Below are positions 17,275 through 27,094 of a DNA stretch of 64,000 bases, one piece after another. Source of the stretch: an uncultured Planctomycetota bacterium (lineage in GTDB: Bacteria > Planctomycetota > Planctomycetia > Gemmatales > Gemmataceae). The notes beneath the pieces were generated by a model. The model saw only the letters and a program-made list of their open reading frames with translations. It was not told the DNA's origin and made no database searches. The stretch's first letter is position 1. Each line of letters opens with the position of its first letter. The DNA lies in assembly GCA_963849325.1 (NCBI GenBank), contig CAWKHF010000005.1, forward strand, positions 704,001 through 768,000, in the 5' to 3' direction. The translations under genes were made by a program, and so were the position numbers.

Positions 17275-17603
17275 GTCGCCTCTCGATTCGCTCTCGGGGC
17301 TGTCCACACGGCAAGGGCGAAGCACCAGCACCGCGGCGCGACACGGGCAGGGCGATCTGCGCCACTACCCTGTGTCCGGTGCTCGATACTTTCGTAGTTG
17401 GTTTCGACCGAGGGCCGGACAACGCTCCAAGCCGACTCGCCAGGTTCACCATCTCCCCCCCGTGCGCGGAGCGATGACAAGGAGTGTGCGCTCCCTGCCG
17501 GCTGTGACGGTTGCGCCGGAAAAGATGGCCGGGCCGGTGTTGCCCCCTATGCGTGCGAGGGTAGAACAAAGGAGTGGAGAGTGAAAGGTGGAGGGTGAAG
17601 GCG

Positions 17604-17921
17604 ATGACAGGCAAGTCGCGCAAGCAACAGATCGAGGAAATGCTGGTGGAAGACCCCAACGACCCGTTCCTGCGTTACGGGCTGGCGATGGAGTACGTCA
17701 GCGCCGGGCAGGACGACGAGGCGGTGCGCTGTTTTCAGGAGTTGCTGCGCGTGGCGTCGGACTATGTGCCGGCCTACATGCAGGCGGGGCGGACCCTGGC
17801 CCGGCTTGGACGCGAGGAGGAGGCGCGCGAGCTGTTTCGCAGTGGCATCGCCGTGGCCCGGCAGAAGGGCGACGAGCATGCGGCCGGCGAGATGCAAGGT
17901 TTTCTGGAAGGGCTGGACTGA
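17604..17921 (+). CDS. Small TPR protein
   Basis: DPNDPFLRYGLAMEY...DYVPAYMQAG...GD.HAAGEM. Confidence 0.85.
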   Translation: MTGKSRKQQIEEMLVEDPNDPFLRYGLAMEYVSAGQDDEAVRCFQELLRVASDYVPAYMQAGRTLARLGREEEARELFRSGIAVARQKGDEHAAGEMQGFLEGLD

Positions 17922-18139
17922 GCCGGCGTATCCGGGGCCATGCGCCCACCGTCGCCTTCTCCCGTCTTGCTTTCCGTTTCCCAACGGTTATTCTGAGGGG
18001 TGAAACGCCATTCGCCTTTCGCGCGGTCTCGCGCACGCTGTCTCCGCCTCTTCGGCACTTATCCTCTCCGGGCCGGGCGAACGGTCGGCCGGCGTCCGGG
18101 GAGACACTTCGGAAGGTTCGCGTGAGGAGGGTCCGGACC

Positions 18140-18595
18140 ATGAAACTCGAGGAACTGCTGGTCAGCCGTCACATCGCGTTCCAACGGCTGCCGCACCGGC
18201 GCACGTACACGGCCAACCGCATGGCCCAGGCGCTGCACGTCAAGGGACGGGAGGTGGCCAAAACCGTACTCGTGCGCACCGGCCACGGCCACGTTCTGGC
18301 CGTGCTGCCGGCCACGCATCACGTCGATCTCGAACAGCTCGGCGAAGATCTCGGCGGAGAGCGCGTCGAGTTGGCCAACGAGGAGGAAATGGATCGCCTC
18401 TTCCCCGACTGCGAGCGCGGCGCTCTGCCGCCGTTCGGCAGCCTGTACCAGGTGCCGACCATCATGGACGAAAGCCTGAGCGAAGACCCGACCATCGTTT
18501 TCGAGGCGCAGGACCACGAGCAGGCCATCCGCATGTCGCGGGAAGATTACGAGGCCGTCGAGCACCCGCGCCGCGGCCGCTTCGCTCATCGCTGA
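18140..18595 (+). CDS. YbaK/EbsC-family aminoacyl-tRNA deacylase-like protein
   Basis: VAKTVLV, LAVLPA, FPDCERGALPPFG. Confidence 0.88.
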   Translation: MKLEELLVSRHIAFQRLPHRRTYTANRMAQALHVKGREVAKTVLVRTGHGHVLAVLPATHHVDLEQLGEDLGGERVELANEEEMDRLFPDCERGALPPFGSLYQVPTIMDESLSEDPTIVFEAQDHEQAIRMSREDYEAVEHPRRGRFAHR

Positions 18596-18687
18596 GGCGC
18601 AGAGGGAGGCAAACATTTCCGGGTGAGGGCCGCTCGCAGCACGGCGGTTTCCGCCGCCGGGCCGCCAGCGGCGCCGGAGAGGACGTC

Positions 18688-19404
18688 ATGATTCATCACC
18701 ATTCGGCGCGGGGGATGGCCGAAGCCATCGTCCACGCCAACAGCTATCGCGAGTCCCACCAGCAGGCGCGCGGCTCGTCCGACGCGCCGTCCTTGACCAT
18801 CGCCATCAGCCGACAGGTCGGCGCCGGCGGCACCGCGATCGCCACCGAGGTCGGCACGCGGCTGGGTTGGCCGGTCTACGACAACGAACTGGTCCAGCGC
18901 ATCGCCCAGGAGATGCACCTGCGCACGAAACTGCTGGAGAGCATCGACGAACGGCACACGAACTGGCTGACGGAGTGCGTCGAGTCGTTCGCCCAGGTGC
19001 CGCTGGTCAGCGAAAGCGCCTACGTGCGGCACCTGATCCAAACGATCCTGTCGCTAGGAGCGCTCGGCTCGTGCGTGATCGTCGGCCGCGGCTCGGCGCA
19101 CATCCTGCCGCCGGCGACGACCCTGCGCGTCCGCCTGGTGGCCGACCGCGAAGATCGCGTCACCGCCTTCGGCCGCGAAGTACACGTGTCGCGCGACGAG
19201 GCCAACCGCCGGCTCAACGTCATTGATCGCGAGCGCGACGCTTTCGTCAAGGACCATTTCCACAAGGATCCGCACGACCCGCGGCACTTCGACCTGGTGC
19301 TCAATTCCTCGTGCTTTTCCTACGCCCAGAGCGCGGATCTGATCGTTGAGGCGCTGCGTCACCTGGAAGCGCGCGTGCGGGCGGGCGGGCGCCCATCTTC
19401 CTGA
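18688..19404 (+). CDS. Cytidylate kinase-like family protein
   Basis: IAISRQVGAGG, CVIVGRGS, DRERD.F...F..D..DP.HFDLVLNS. Confidence 0.88.
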   Translation: MIHHHSARGMAEAIVHANSYRESHQQARGSSDAPSLTIAISRQVGAGGTAIATEVGTRLGWPVYDNELVQRIAQEMHLRTKLLESIDERHTNWLTECVESFAQVPLVSESAYVRHLIQTILSLGALGSCVIVGRGSAHILPPATTLRVRLVADREDRVTAFGREVHVSRDEANRRLNVIDRERDAFVKDHFHKDPHDPRHFDLVLNSSCFSYAQSADLIVEALRHLEARVRAGGRPSS

Positions 19405-19414
19405 CAGGAGCTTG

Positions 19415-20363
19415 TCAGCGCAAGGCGGCGGCCTGGCGATGGCGGGCGAAGAACGTGCCGATGGGAGCGCCCGGCAGCGGGCAAACCTCCACCTCGAATC
19501 CGGCGTCGGCGAGGCAGCGCGCCAGCTCGTGGCGCGAGAAGCGGTCCACTCCGGATACGCGGCTGGCCGGCGGGATGTCGTGCGGCTCGATCTCGTGGTA
19601 TTCGCCGTGGATGTGGTCGATAAGGGACAGCATCCGCGAGGTCAACAGAATGGGGAACTCCGACCCCTCGCAGTCGATCTTGACCAGCTTGATCCGTAGT
19701 CGGCCGTCCTCGCTGAGCCGGCGCACGATATCGTCGAAGGTGACGACGGACATCTCCTCCCCCGACGTGGACCACAGGACGCTGCCGCCGCCGGTGTTGA
19801 CGCCGTCGGCGCCGTAGCCGGCGTGAAACAGTCGATCGCCGATCCGATCCGAGCGGAACACGGCCTGATGATAAAGAGTTACACGACCGCCGAAGGGGCT
19901 GAGGTTCCGCACGGCGCATTCGTAGTTGCCGCGCTCCGCCTCGAAGCCGTGTACGCGGTGCGAGCCGCGCTGCACGGCGGCATAGCAAAAGGCGCCGATG
20001 TGCATGCCGATGTCCACGACAACGTCGTCGGTGTCGAGGTGGTCGGGCAGGCGGTACTCGTTGCCGTCGTGGACGTCGTGGAAGAATCTTCTCGTCCCAC
20101 GTCCCTTCGCGGACGTGGAAGGCCGGGGCCACGAACTGTTCCATGCGGCGCAGGATGGCGACCACGCGCTCCTCGAAGGCGCGTTGGCGTTCGATCTCGC
20201 GGGGCAGAGTCGGGCCGGCGAGCTTCCAGGCGAGCTTGCGGACGGCGGTGAGGAACGGGCCGACCAGCGGCCGAGGGCAGGGAGCGGGGCGGACGGGGCC
20301 GTCCCCGTGAGCCAGCTCGCGCAAAGACGCCAGGGCGCCGGCCAAGGGATCAATCGCTTTCAT
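19415..20363 (-). CDS. FkbM-family methyltransferase, frameshift near 20085
   Basis: VVDIGMHIG.F, GFEA, VKIDCEGSE, GEYH. Confidence 0.85.
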
Positions 20364-20453
20364 GCCCTTCACGGCCTATCCTCCCGAGGTTCGCTCTCAC
20401 CTGTCCCCGTGCGGGGCACAGATAGCGATTGCCCGATGACGTTGCAAGACCGA

Positions 20454-20543
20454 AGGCGAACGGCCGGCGTAAGCCGGCTGGTACGGGCCAAACTCGCTGG
20501 CGGGTTTGGCCCGTACCAGCCGGCTTACGCCGGCCGTTCGCCT
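20454..20543. repeat. REP-like palindrome (GGCGAACGGCCGGCGT(A/T)AGCCG family), copy 1
   Basis: Long inverted repeat; related copy at 61486-61545. Confidence 0.85.
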
Positions 20544-20671
20544 ATCTGGTTAAACTATTCCGCAGTCCGAACGAATTAGGGGATGAGGGCCTTCGAGAAT
20601 CTTCTCGCATCGGGATCGCCCGCCGGTAAGCTATCCCCTCGCCAGGATGCGGCAGCGGAATTGAGGTACGC

Positions 20672-21831
20672 ATGTCCAGCCAGCAGATGGTGACGGCAGT
20701 GACGATCGGCGGCGCGCTTGTCTTCGGCATGAGCGTGGCGCTGTTCGGCAATCTTAAGTTGGCCCTGACGCGGCGGCTACAGCGGGACGATGGCCAGGTC
20801 CGCCGATGGCTCATCGCCTTGACGGTGGCGCTGGCTCCGCTGGTGCTGCTGTGCGGAATCCTCGTGGACATTTACGGACCTCGTCCGGTGCTCATCGCCG
20901 GCTCGGTCGCCCTGGCCGTGGGACTGGTCAGCCTGAGCCTGCGGCCGAGGTATCCCCACGCTTTTCTCTCGGTGTTGCTGGCCGGCTTCGGGGCCGTGGC
21001 TCTGAGCGCGTCCGTCACCGTGTTGATGCCGCGCGCCTTCTTCGCGCCGCCGGAGACGTCCGCCTCGATCAACCTCGGCTACGTCTTCGTCGCCCTGGGC
21101 GCCCTGCTGACGCCGGTGCTGGCCGACATCCTGTTCGGCGTCCTGGAGCTGCGCCGCGCCCTGGCCGTGTTCGCCCTGCTGGCGCTGGTCCCCGCCTTTC
21201 TCGCCGTCTTCCCAGACTCTGCATCGTGGCAGATCGCCGATCATCCGGGCGACCCGACGGCGCTGCTGTTCACGCCGGCGGGCTGGCTGGCGGCGCTGGT
21301 CTGCTTCTTTTACGCGCCGCTGGAGGCGTCGATCAGCTTGTGGACGTTCGCGCTTCTCCGTGAGCGCGGGCAGGATCGAGCGCGAAGCGGGCGGCCTGTT
21401 GACCGGCTTCTGGGCCGCCTTCGTGGCCTCGCGTCTGCTGGTGGCACTGGCCCAACATGCGGGATTTCTGTCGGAGTGGTGGGACCGCTCGCTGATCGTG
21501 GTGCCGCCGCTGTTGGCGGCGGTGCTGATCGGCAACCTGGCGGGAGCAAGCCATTCCGGCCGGCCTCGCGCCGGCCTGGTCCTGCTGGGCCTGATGCTCG
21601 GCCCCGTCTGGCCGACGCTTCTGGGCCTCGTCTTCCGCCACGTCGCGCCCGCCGAGCAGGGATTGACTTACGGACTCGTGTTCGCCGCTGGCGCGCTGGG
21701 CAGTCTGTTGCTGTCGCCACTGGTCGGCATGCGCAGCGCAGACACCATTGCAGACGGCCTTGCGTTTGCCAATCTTCCTCGCGCTGCTCTTGACGGCGGT
21801 GTCCCTGGTGCTGGGACTGATGACGCCTTAA
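20672..21831 (+). CDS. MFS transporter, frameshifts near 21370 and 21745
   Basis: Many TM segments, G.LVD.YG.R motif, GPVWPTL; split across frames. Confidence 0.8.
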
Positions 21832-21840
21832 TAACACTCC

Positions 21841-21894
21841 TCCGAGCCTGAAGCGTAAGCGAAGGAAGCTCTTCGCTTACGCTTCAGGCTCGGA
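21841..21894. repeat. REP-like palindrome (GAGCCTGAAGCGTAAGCGAAG family), copy 2
   Basis: Inverted repeat between convergent genes. Confidence 0.9.
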
Positions 21895-21901
21895 CAAAAA
21901 C

Positions 21902-22420
21902 TTACTTCGGCTTGGCGATTTGCCGGTATTCGGCGAGCATCTCGGGCGTGGCGGGGTAGATGCGGGGCGGCCCGATACTGGCACCGTGCAAGGGAGGATA
22001 GCCGGGTGAGGGCGGCGTCGGCGCAACCTCAAAGTTTCGCGCACCATCTTTGGGGATGATTTGCAGCGGCAGGATGTACTTGCCGGGCCCGGTGTAGTCC
22101 GGCGGCGGTTCCTTGCCTTTTTCCATGGGGTCGGGCAAGGGCTGGCACTTGTCGAGGTTGCCGACCTGAATTTTGTCGCCGGCCTTCACGGGCGGATTGT
22201 CACCGGGATAGAGCACCTCGTCCACGACGACCTCGCCGCCCTTGTCGTCCTCCACCTGGGCGACGATGTCGAGCATGGACACGAGGAACTGCGGCCGCGA
22301 CAGGGTGAGCGGCCGGCCATCCGGCGTGTGCGGCCGGCACAGGACCAGGTAGCCGAGATAACCCAGCCAGGCGACGAATAACCCAGCCGTCAGAACCAGG
22401 CGCCCCACGGCGGGCCTCAT
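21902..22420 (-). CDS. Membrane-anchored hypothetical protein
   Basis: N-terminal TM helix; ATGA overlap with the upstream gene. Confidence 0.7.
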   Translation of the reverse strand: MRPAVGRLVLTAGLFVAWLGYLGYLVLCRPHTPDGRPLTLSRPQFLVSMLDIVAQVEDDKGGEVVVDEVLYPGDNPPVKAGDKIQVGNLDKCQPLPDPMEKGKEPPPDYTGPGKYILPLQIIPKDGARNFEVAPTPPSPGYPPLHGASIGPPRIYPATPEMLAEYRQIAKPK

Positions 22421-22836
22421 GACCCTTCCTCCACTTCTTCCTTGAAGTCGATGTGGTAATCGCGCACGAGCACCTGATCGAGGTCATAAACGTCGCGGAA
22501 ATCGTCGCGGTTGTCCTCGGCGGTCTTGCTCATGAGGTTGGCGGCGACGAGGTTGAAGACGATCTCGCCGAAGTCGGCGGTCGAGTCGATGCCCCACATG
22601 TGCAAGACGGTGCGGGCCATCAGCCCGTATTCGCGCAGGGCCAGGTCGCGGATGCCGTCGAGCAGTTGTCGGCCGCTGACGTGATAGTCCGGTTCGCCGC
22701 TGCCTTCCTGCGGCGGCACGCGGCCGAGCAGACGCTGCGTGTGGGCCAGGGCGGCGAAGACAAACTCATACGCTTCGTAGGTGTAGCGCGGGTCGCGCCG
22801 GACCACCTCATCGAGTTTCGGATGGTGCATCGTCAT
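22417..22836 (-). CDS. Minf_1886-like conserved PVC protein
   Basis: DPRY..EAYEFV..AL...HVSG..L...A...YG..A..VL..WGI..T.DFGEIVFNLV. Confidence 0.82.
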   Translation of the reverse strand: MTMHHPKLDEVVRRDPRYTYEAYEFVFAALAHTQRLLGRVPPQEGSGEPDYHVSGRQLLDGIRDLALREYGLMARTVLHMWGIDSTADFGEIVFNLVAANLMSKTAEDNRDDFRDVYDLDQVLVRDYHIDFKEEVEEGS

Positions 22837-22843
22837 GTCTCAA

Positions 22844-22931
22844 GGGACTAGGGAATAGGGAATAGGGAATAGGGAATAGGGAGTAGAGAGGCAGCTTCTT
22901 CTCTAGTCCCTATTCCCTATTCCCTAGTCCC
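22844..22931. repeat. Heptamer tandem repeat (GGGAATA)n with an inverted (TATTCCC)n partner
   Basis: Six GGGA(A/C/G)TA units 22844-22885 and four TA(T/G)TCCC units 22904-22931. Confidence 0.9.
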
Positions 22932-22938
22932 TTCTTCA

Positions 22939-23748
22939 TCATTTTCCCAGTCTCGTCAGGACTTCGCCGACGGCCACGGGAAGACGTCGGCCGTCCTCGA
23001 ATTCGACCAGCAGGCGGCGTGCGAGCACCTCCTGGGCCAGCACGCGACCCTGGCCCTTCTGGGTCAGGACACGGCTGCCGACCGGCGGCAGCGACGCCTG
23101 GAACTCCTCGTACACGTCCTGCTCGAAGCGCAGGCAGCACTTGAGTCGGCCGCAACGGCCGGAGATCTTCGACGGATCGAGGGTCGATTTTTGCAGCTTG
23201 GCCATGCGCATCGATACCGGCGGCATCGCGACCATGTGCGTGTTGCAGCAGACCGGCTTGCCGCAGTCGCCATAGTCGGCCAGCAACTTAGCCTCGTCGC
23301 GCACGCCGATCTGCCGCATCTCGATGCGCGTCTGATACTCGCGGGCCAGATCCTTGACCAGCTCGCGGAAATCGACGCGCTTCTCGGCCAGGAAGTAGAA
23401 GATGATGCGCTCGCCGCCGAAAAGGTGCTCGACGTCCACCAACTCCATCTGCAAGCGCCGCTGCTGCACGAAACGACCGCACGTCTCCAGCTCGTGCTGC
23501 TCCAGCTCGCACAGCCGGTCGCGCTCGGCCCGGTCGCGCTCGCCGAGGACGCGGACGATTCGGCCGTGCGTCGGCTCGGCGATCAGCTCGACGGCCCGGG
23601 GCGTGGCGAGGCAAAGCACCTGACCCAGCTCCAGGCCGCGCTCGGTGCGGACGACGACGTCCTGGCCGCGCGCATAGGTCCCGGCTTCGGGATCGAACTC
23701 GCCGAGGAAGCGCATGGCGCCGTGCCGCACGATCCAGGAGGACGCCAT
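22939..23748 (-). CDS. PSP1 C-terminal domain protein (RicT/YaaT family)
   Basis: RVDFRELVKDLA...RIEMRQIGVRDEAK...GDCGKPVCC...ISGRCGRLKCCLRFE. Confidence 0.92.
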   Translation of the reverse strand: MASSWIVRHGAMRFLGEFDPEAGTYARGQDVVVRTERGLELGQVLCLATPRAVELIAEPTHGRIVRVLGERDRAERDRLCELEQHELETCGRFVQQRRLQMELVDVEHLFGGERIIFYFLAEKRVDFRELVKDLAREYQTRIEMRQIGVRDEAKLLADYGDCGKPVCCNTHMVAMPPVSMRMAKLQKSTLDPSKISGRCGRLKCCLRFEQDVYEEFQASLPPVGSRVLTQKGQGRVLAQEVLARRLLVEFEDGRRLPVAVGEVLTRLGK

Positions 23749-24019
23749 GATACACCTCGGTCACCGGTTCGGGACGCACCTGCCACGCGCCCCATTCTAA
23801 AGGACGCGGGCGGGAAGGAAAGAGCATTCAGGACAAGATCCGCGCCGCGGGCCGATGGCCGCGCCGGATTCTTTTCGTTTGGAGAAAAGAAAAAAGGGAT
23901 AAACTATCGTCACCCCTTGCTCTACTACAAGGGAAGACCCTTCGAGAAGAGATCGACCGTCCCGACCCGCGGAGGATCTGGTCCCTGGATCGAGCGGCCA
24001 TCGCCAAGGAGATCCACCC

Positions 24020-25132
24020 ATGAATCGGCTCGCGTCGCCGTTCCCGTCGCGGCGGGGCTTCACCTTGATCGAGTTGCTGGTGGTAATCGCCATCCTCGCC
24101 GTGCTGCTGGCCCTTCTGCTGCCGGCGGTGCAGAAGGTGCGCGAGGCCGCCGCCCGCATGAAGTGTCAGAGTAACCTCAGGCAGCTGGGCCTGGCCCTGC
24201 ACGGCTTCCACGACGCCAACGGCTATTTGCCGGCCGGCATGGTCACCGAGGGGAACATTCAGGATTCGTACCACACCGGCTTCACCTACCTGCTGCCCTA
24301 CATCGAACAGGACAACATCCACCGCCTCTACCACTACGACAGACCCTGGTACGACGCCGACAACTACCCGGCCGTCGAGCAGCAGGCGCCGCTCCTGTAC
24401 TGTCCCAGCAACCGTAACGGCGGCGCCATGGACCTGTCGTCGTACATCGAGCAGTGGAGCAGCGCCATGCCGCCCTCGGTCGGTGCCAGCGATTACGTCC
24501 TGTGCAAAGGGGCCAACGCCGGTCTGTCCGCCGATCCGTCTCGGGTTCCGCTGGCGGCGCGAGGCCCGTTCAACATCAGCCAGGCCGACGGGAGCGTCAA
24601 CGCGCAGACGGGCCAGCTGCAAGGAGCGCCAACGCCGCGGTTCCGCGTCCGCCTGACGGACGTCAGCGATGGTCTGTCGTCCACCCTGGCCATCGGCGAG
24701 GCGGCCGGCGGCACCTCGTACTTCGTCATCGCCGACGTCAACGACCCCAGCCAGCCGGCGACCGAGCCGTTCGTCAACGGCCCGATACAGGCGGACCAGG
24801 CCTGGGGCGCCGCCAGCCTGGGCGACTCGTCGCACCCGTGGTACGCCGGTATCCTCGGTGTCACGGCCCAGTTCGGCCTGCCGTCCGACCCGCTGGACGA
24901 ACCCATGAACCGCCGGCCCGTGACGCCCTCGATCATTGGTGGCGATTCCTCCGGCTACAACGTCAGCGGACGCAACAAGGTCAGCGGCTTCCGTAGCCTG
25001 CATACGGTCGGCTGCAATTTTCTGTTCCTCGACGGCAGCGTCCACTTCCTGCCGCAGTCGATCCAGCCGGCCGTGTATCGCGCGCTCTCGACCTACGCGG
25101 GAGGGGAGACGATCTCCGCTATGGAGTTCTGA
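24020..25132 (+). CDS. DUF1559 prepilin-type N-methylation domain protein
   Basis: [13 protein letters not shown]...[36 protein letters not shown]. Confidence 0.95.
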   Translation: MNRLASPFPSRRGFTLIELLVVIAILAVLLALLLPAVQKVREAAARMKCQSNLRQLGLALHGFHDANGYLPAGMVTEGNIQDSYHTGFTYLLPYIEQDNIHRLYHYDRPWYDADNYPAVEQQAPLLYCPSNRNGGAMDLSSYIEQWSSAMPPSVGASDYVLCKGANAGLSADPSRVPLAARGPFNISQADGSVNAQTGQLQGAPTPRFRVRLTDVSDGLSSTLAIGEAAGGTSYFVIADVNDPSQPATEPFVNGPIQADQAWGAASLGDSSHPWYAGILGVTAQFGLPSDPLDEPMNRRPVTPSIIGGDSSGYNVSGRNKVSGFRSLHTVGCNFLFLDGSVHFLPQSIQPAVYRALSTYAGGETISAMEF

Positions 25133-25147
25133 GGGAGAGGAGGAGCC

Positions 25148-25633
25148 ATGCCCCGACGATGGTCGCGATGGTTGTGGATTGCCCTGCTGCTGGGCTGCGG
25201 CCGAAAACCGCCTTACGAGGGGCGGAGTGTCGCCGAACTGGAGCGCATGCTGGACGACCCCAATCCGACGGTGCAGGTGCAGGGAGCGTTCGGCCTGGGC
25301 CAGCACGGCAGCGGCGCTCGTCCGGCCGTGCCGGGCCTGGTGCGCGCCCTGAAGTCGCCCGACGCCCTGGTGCGCCAGCAGGCGGCGCTCGCCCTGGGAC
25401 AGATCGGCGCGGACGCCGACGACGCCGTGCCGGCGCTGATAGCGGCGCTGCGCGACCCCGAGTGGACGGTGCGCCGCCAGGCGGCCGTGGCCCTGGGAAA
25501 GATCGGTCCGCCGGCCCACGCCGCCGAGACCGCTCTGCGTCAGTGCCAGGGCGATCCCCATACACTCGTTCGCAAGGCCGTGAGCGAGGCGTTGGCCCGA
25601 ATCCAGAGAACCCCAACCACACAGCGGCGGTAA
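25148..25633 (+). CDS. HEAT-repeat lipoprotein
   Basis: LLGC lipobox; repeated AVP.L..AL.D....VR..AA.ALG.IG. Confidence 0.88.
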   Translation: MPRRWSRWLWIALLLGCGRKPPYEGRSVAELERMLDDPNPTVQVQGAFGLGQHGSGARPAVPGLVRALKSPDALVRQQAALALGQIGADADDAVPALIAALRDPEWTVRRQAAVALGKIGPPAHAAETALRQCQGDPHTLVRKAVSEALARIQRTPTTQRR

Positions 25634-25654
25634 AGCGTTCCCCATCGATCCGGT

Positions 25655-26440
25655 TCATGGAGGAGGTGGTTGGAGGATTCGACCCGGATAGTGGGGTGCG
25701 ATCCACGTCCGGAACCAGGCGGGTAAAGAGTCGGCCGTCACCTTGAGTTGAAGTTCCGCCTCGGGCGTCAACTGGGCGAGCCAAATCGGCTCTGCGCCCG
25801 AGTTGTCGAACAGAAAACCTCGGTACGCATGGGAAAGGGCCTCCCCGGCAAGTTCGAGGCAGCGCTGATACCGTTCGACGATCTTGTCTTCAGGGACATC
25901 GTGTTCGCCGAGAGCGGCGCGATTCTTGACACGGTAAACGTTGAGGGAAGAGGATTCCGTGGCGATGAAGTACAGGTAAGTTCGATAACCAGCGGCGCCG
26001 GCGCGGGCGAAGAAGTCGATCTTGCTCCGATGGGACATTACGGTTTCAAAAGAGAAGGATTGGCCGGCGGACAACAATTCTTCACGAAGAAAGTCGGCAA
26101 CGGCCGCCGCAGTGTAGGCATCGGATAGCCGAACCGGGTCGATCAAGCGTCCATTGACCACCTGGGCGGTTGCGAGAAAGGGATGATCCGATCTCAAACG
26201 TCCTCCCGCGGCCAGGGCGGCGCGGATCTGCTCCACCGCAACGGGTCTCTTGAGGAGTCCTAACGAAACCCCTCTTCCTTCTTGCAGGTCGCGGAACAGT
26301 TCGTCGGCGTTGAGAAAGTGATGAAGTTGAAAGAGCCCGTCCGGTGTGTATTCTCGGGCGAGTTTCCGAACCAAACTGGTCTTACCGGACCCGTTAGGGC
26401 CGGCGAACATACGCAGGCGTTTCGGGAGGTCTGGAGTCAT
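25655..26440 (-). CDS. Zeta toxin-like P-loop kinase
   Basis: FAGPNGSGKT, NADE, SFSFETVMSH, GEHDVPEDKI..RY, FDNS. Confidence 0.85.
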   Translation of the reverse strand: MTPDLPKRLRMFAGPNGSGKTSLVRKLAREYTPDGLFQLHHFLNADELFRDLQEGRGVSLGLLKRPVAVEQIRAALAAGGRLRSDHPFLATAQVVNGRLIDPVRLSDAYTAAAVADFLREELLSAGQSFSFETVMSHRSKIDFFARAGAAGYRTYLYFIATESSSLNVYRVKNRAALGEHDVPEDKIVERYQRCLELAGEALSHAYRGFLFDNSGAEPIWLAQLTPEAELQLKVTADSLPAWFRTWIAPHYPGRILQPPPP

Positions 26441-26655
26441 TCGTGCGTGTGGCCTGCCTCCGTCTCCCCATGGAGGGGTTGAATGATTTCTTCCGTGCCG
26501 TCCGGATGCAGGGCCACGAGCGACGCACCTTTGACGATGAATACGGGTCGCCCTGCCGCAAACGCTGTCCGGCGAGCGTCTCGACCCACACGCCTCAAGG
26601 CGACGCGCAGCTGTTCATCGCTGAACTCGGGAGCGCCGGTAATGTCCTTCGACAT
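26437..26655 (-). CDS. Small hypothetical protein coupled to the zeta-like gene (candidate antitoxin)
   Basis: 72 aa, ATGA overlap; AGRPVF...LVALHPDG. Confidence 0.6.
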   Translation of the reverse strand: MSKDITGAPEFSDEQLRVALRRVGRDARRTAFAAGRPVFIVKGASLVALHPDGTEEIIQPLHGETEAGHTHE

Positions 26656-27094
26656 GATAACGACTCGCTTGTCCGGAAACTCTCTCGGATTAGGCGCGGA
26701 AAGTTCTGTGTTGTTGAACGTCCGACTCAACACCTGCCTATAGGAAGTATAGGCACTCGGCACTACAAATCCAGCGTAGGATTCTCTGGCTTCTTTGAGA
26801 TGGTCCCAGAGGAGGCCCGTCCAACGCCGGAGACTCGGTGTGCGATTCTGTCGCGGGGATGGCGCAGCGCGTGCGAAAATGGAACACAGCCAGGCAGCTG
26901 ACTCCTGCCTCGCTATCAAGGACTCCTCCCTTTCTGGCATCCGAAACCTTTCTGTACCAAGGGACTAAATCATCTCCCGCCATCCCTTCCGCCGCGGGAA
27001 TATACGGCACTTCGTTTGCACATCTTTCTAAAAATTGGACATTCCTATCCAGAATGAGGAGTATTCACGATGCGTTCTTCCCCGGAGTGGATCG

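Noticed and set aside
18140-18595. YbaK deacylase as partner of the aberrant tRNA
   Set aside because: It is outside the transposon with host-like codon usage; proximity alone is not evidence
22844-22931. Heptamer array as CRISPR or telomere-like sequence
   Set aside because: No spacers; it is a short intergenic tandem/inverted repeat
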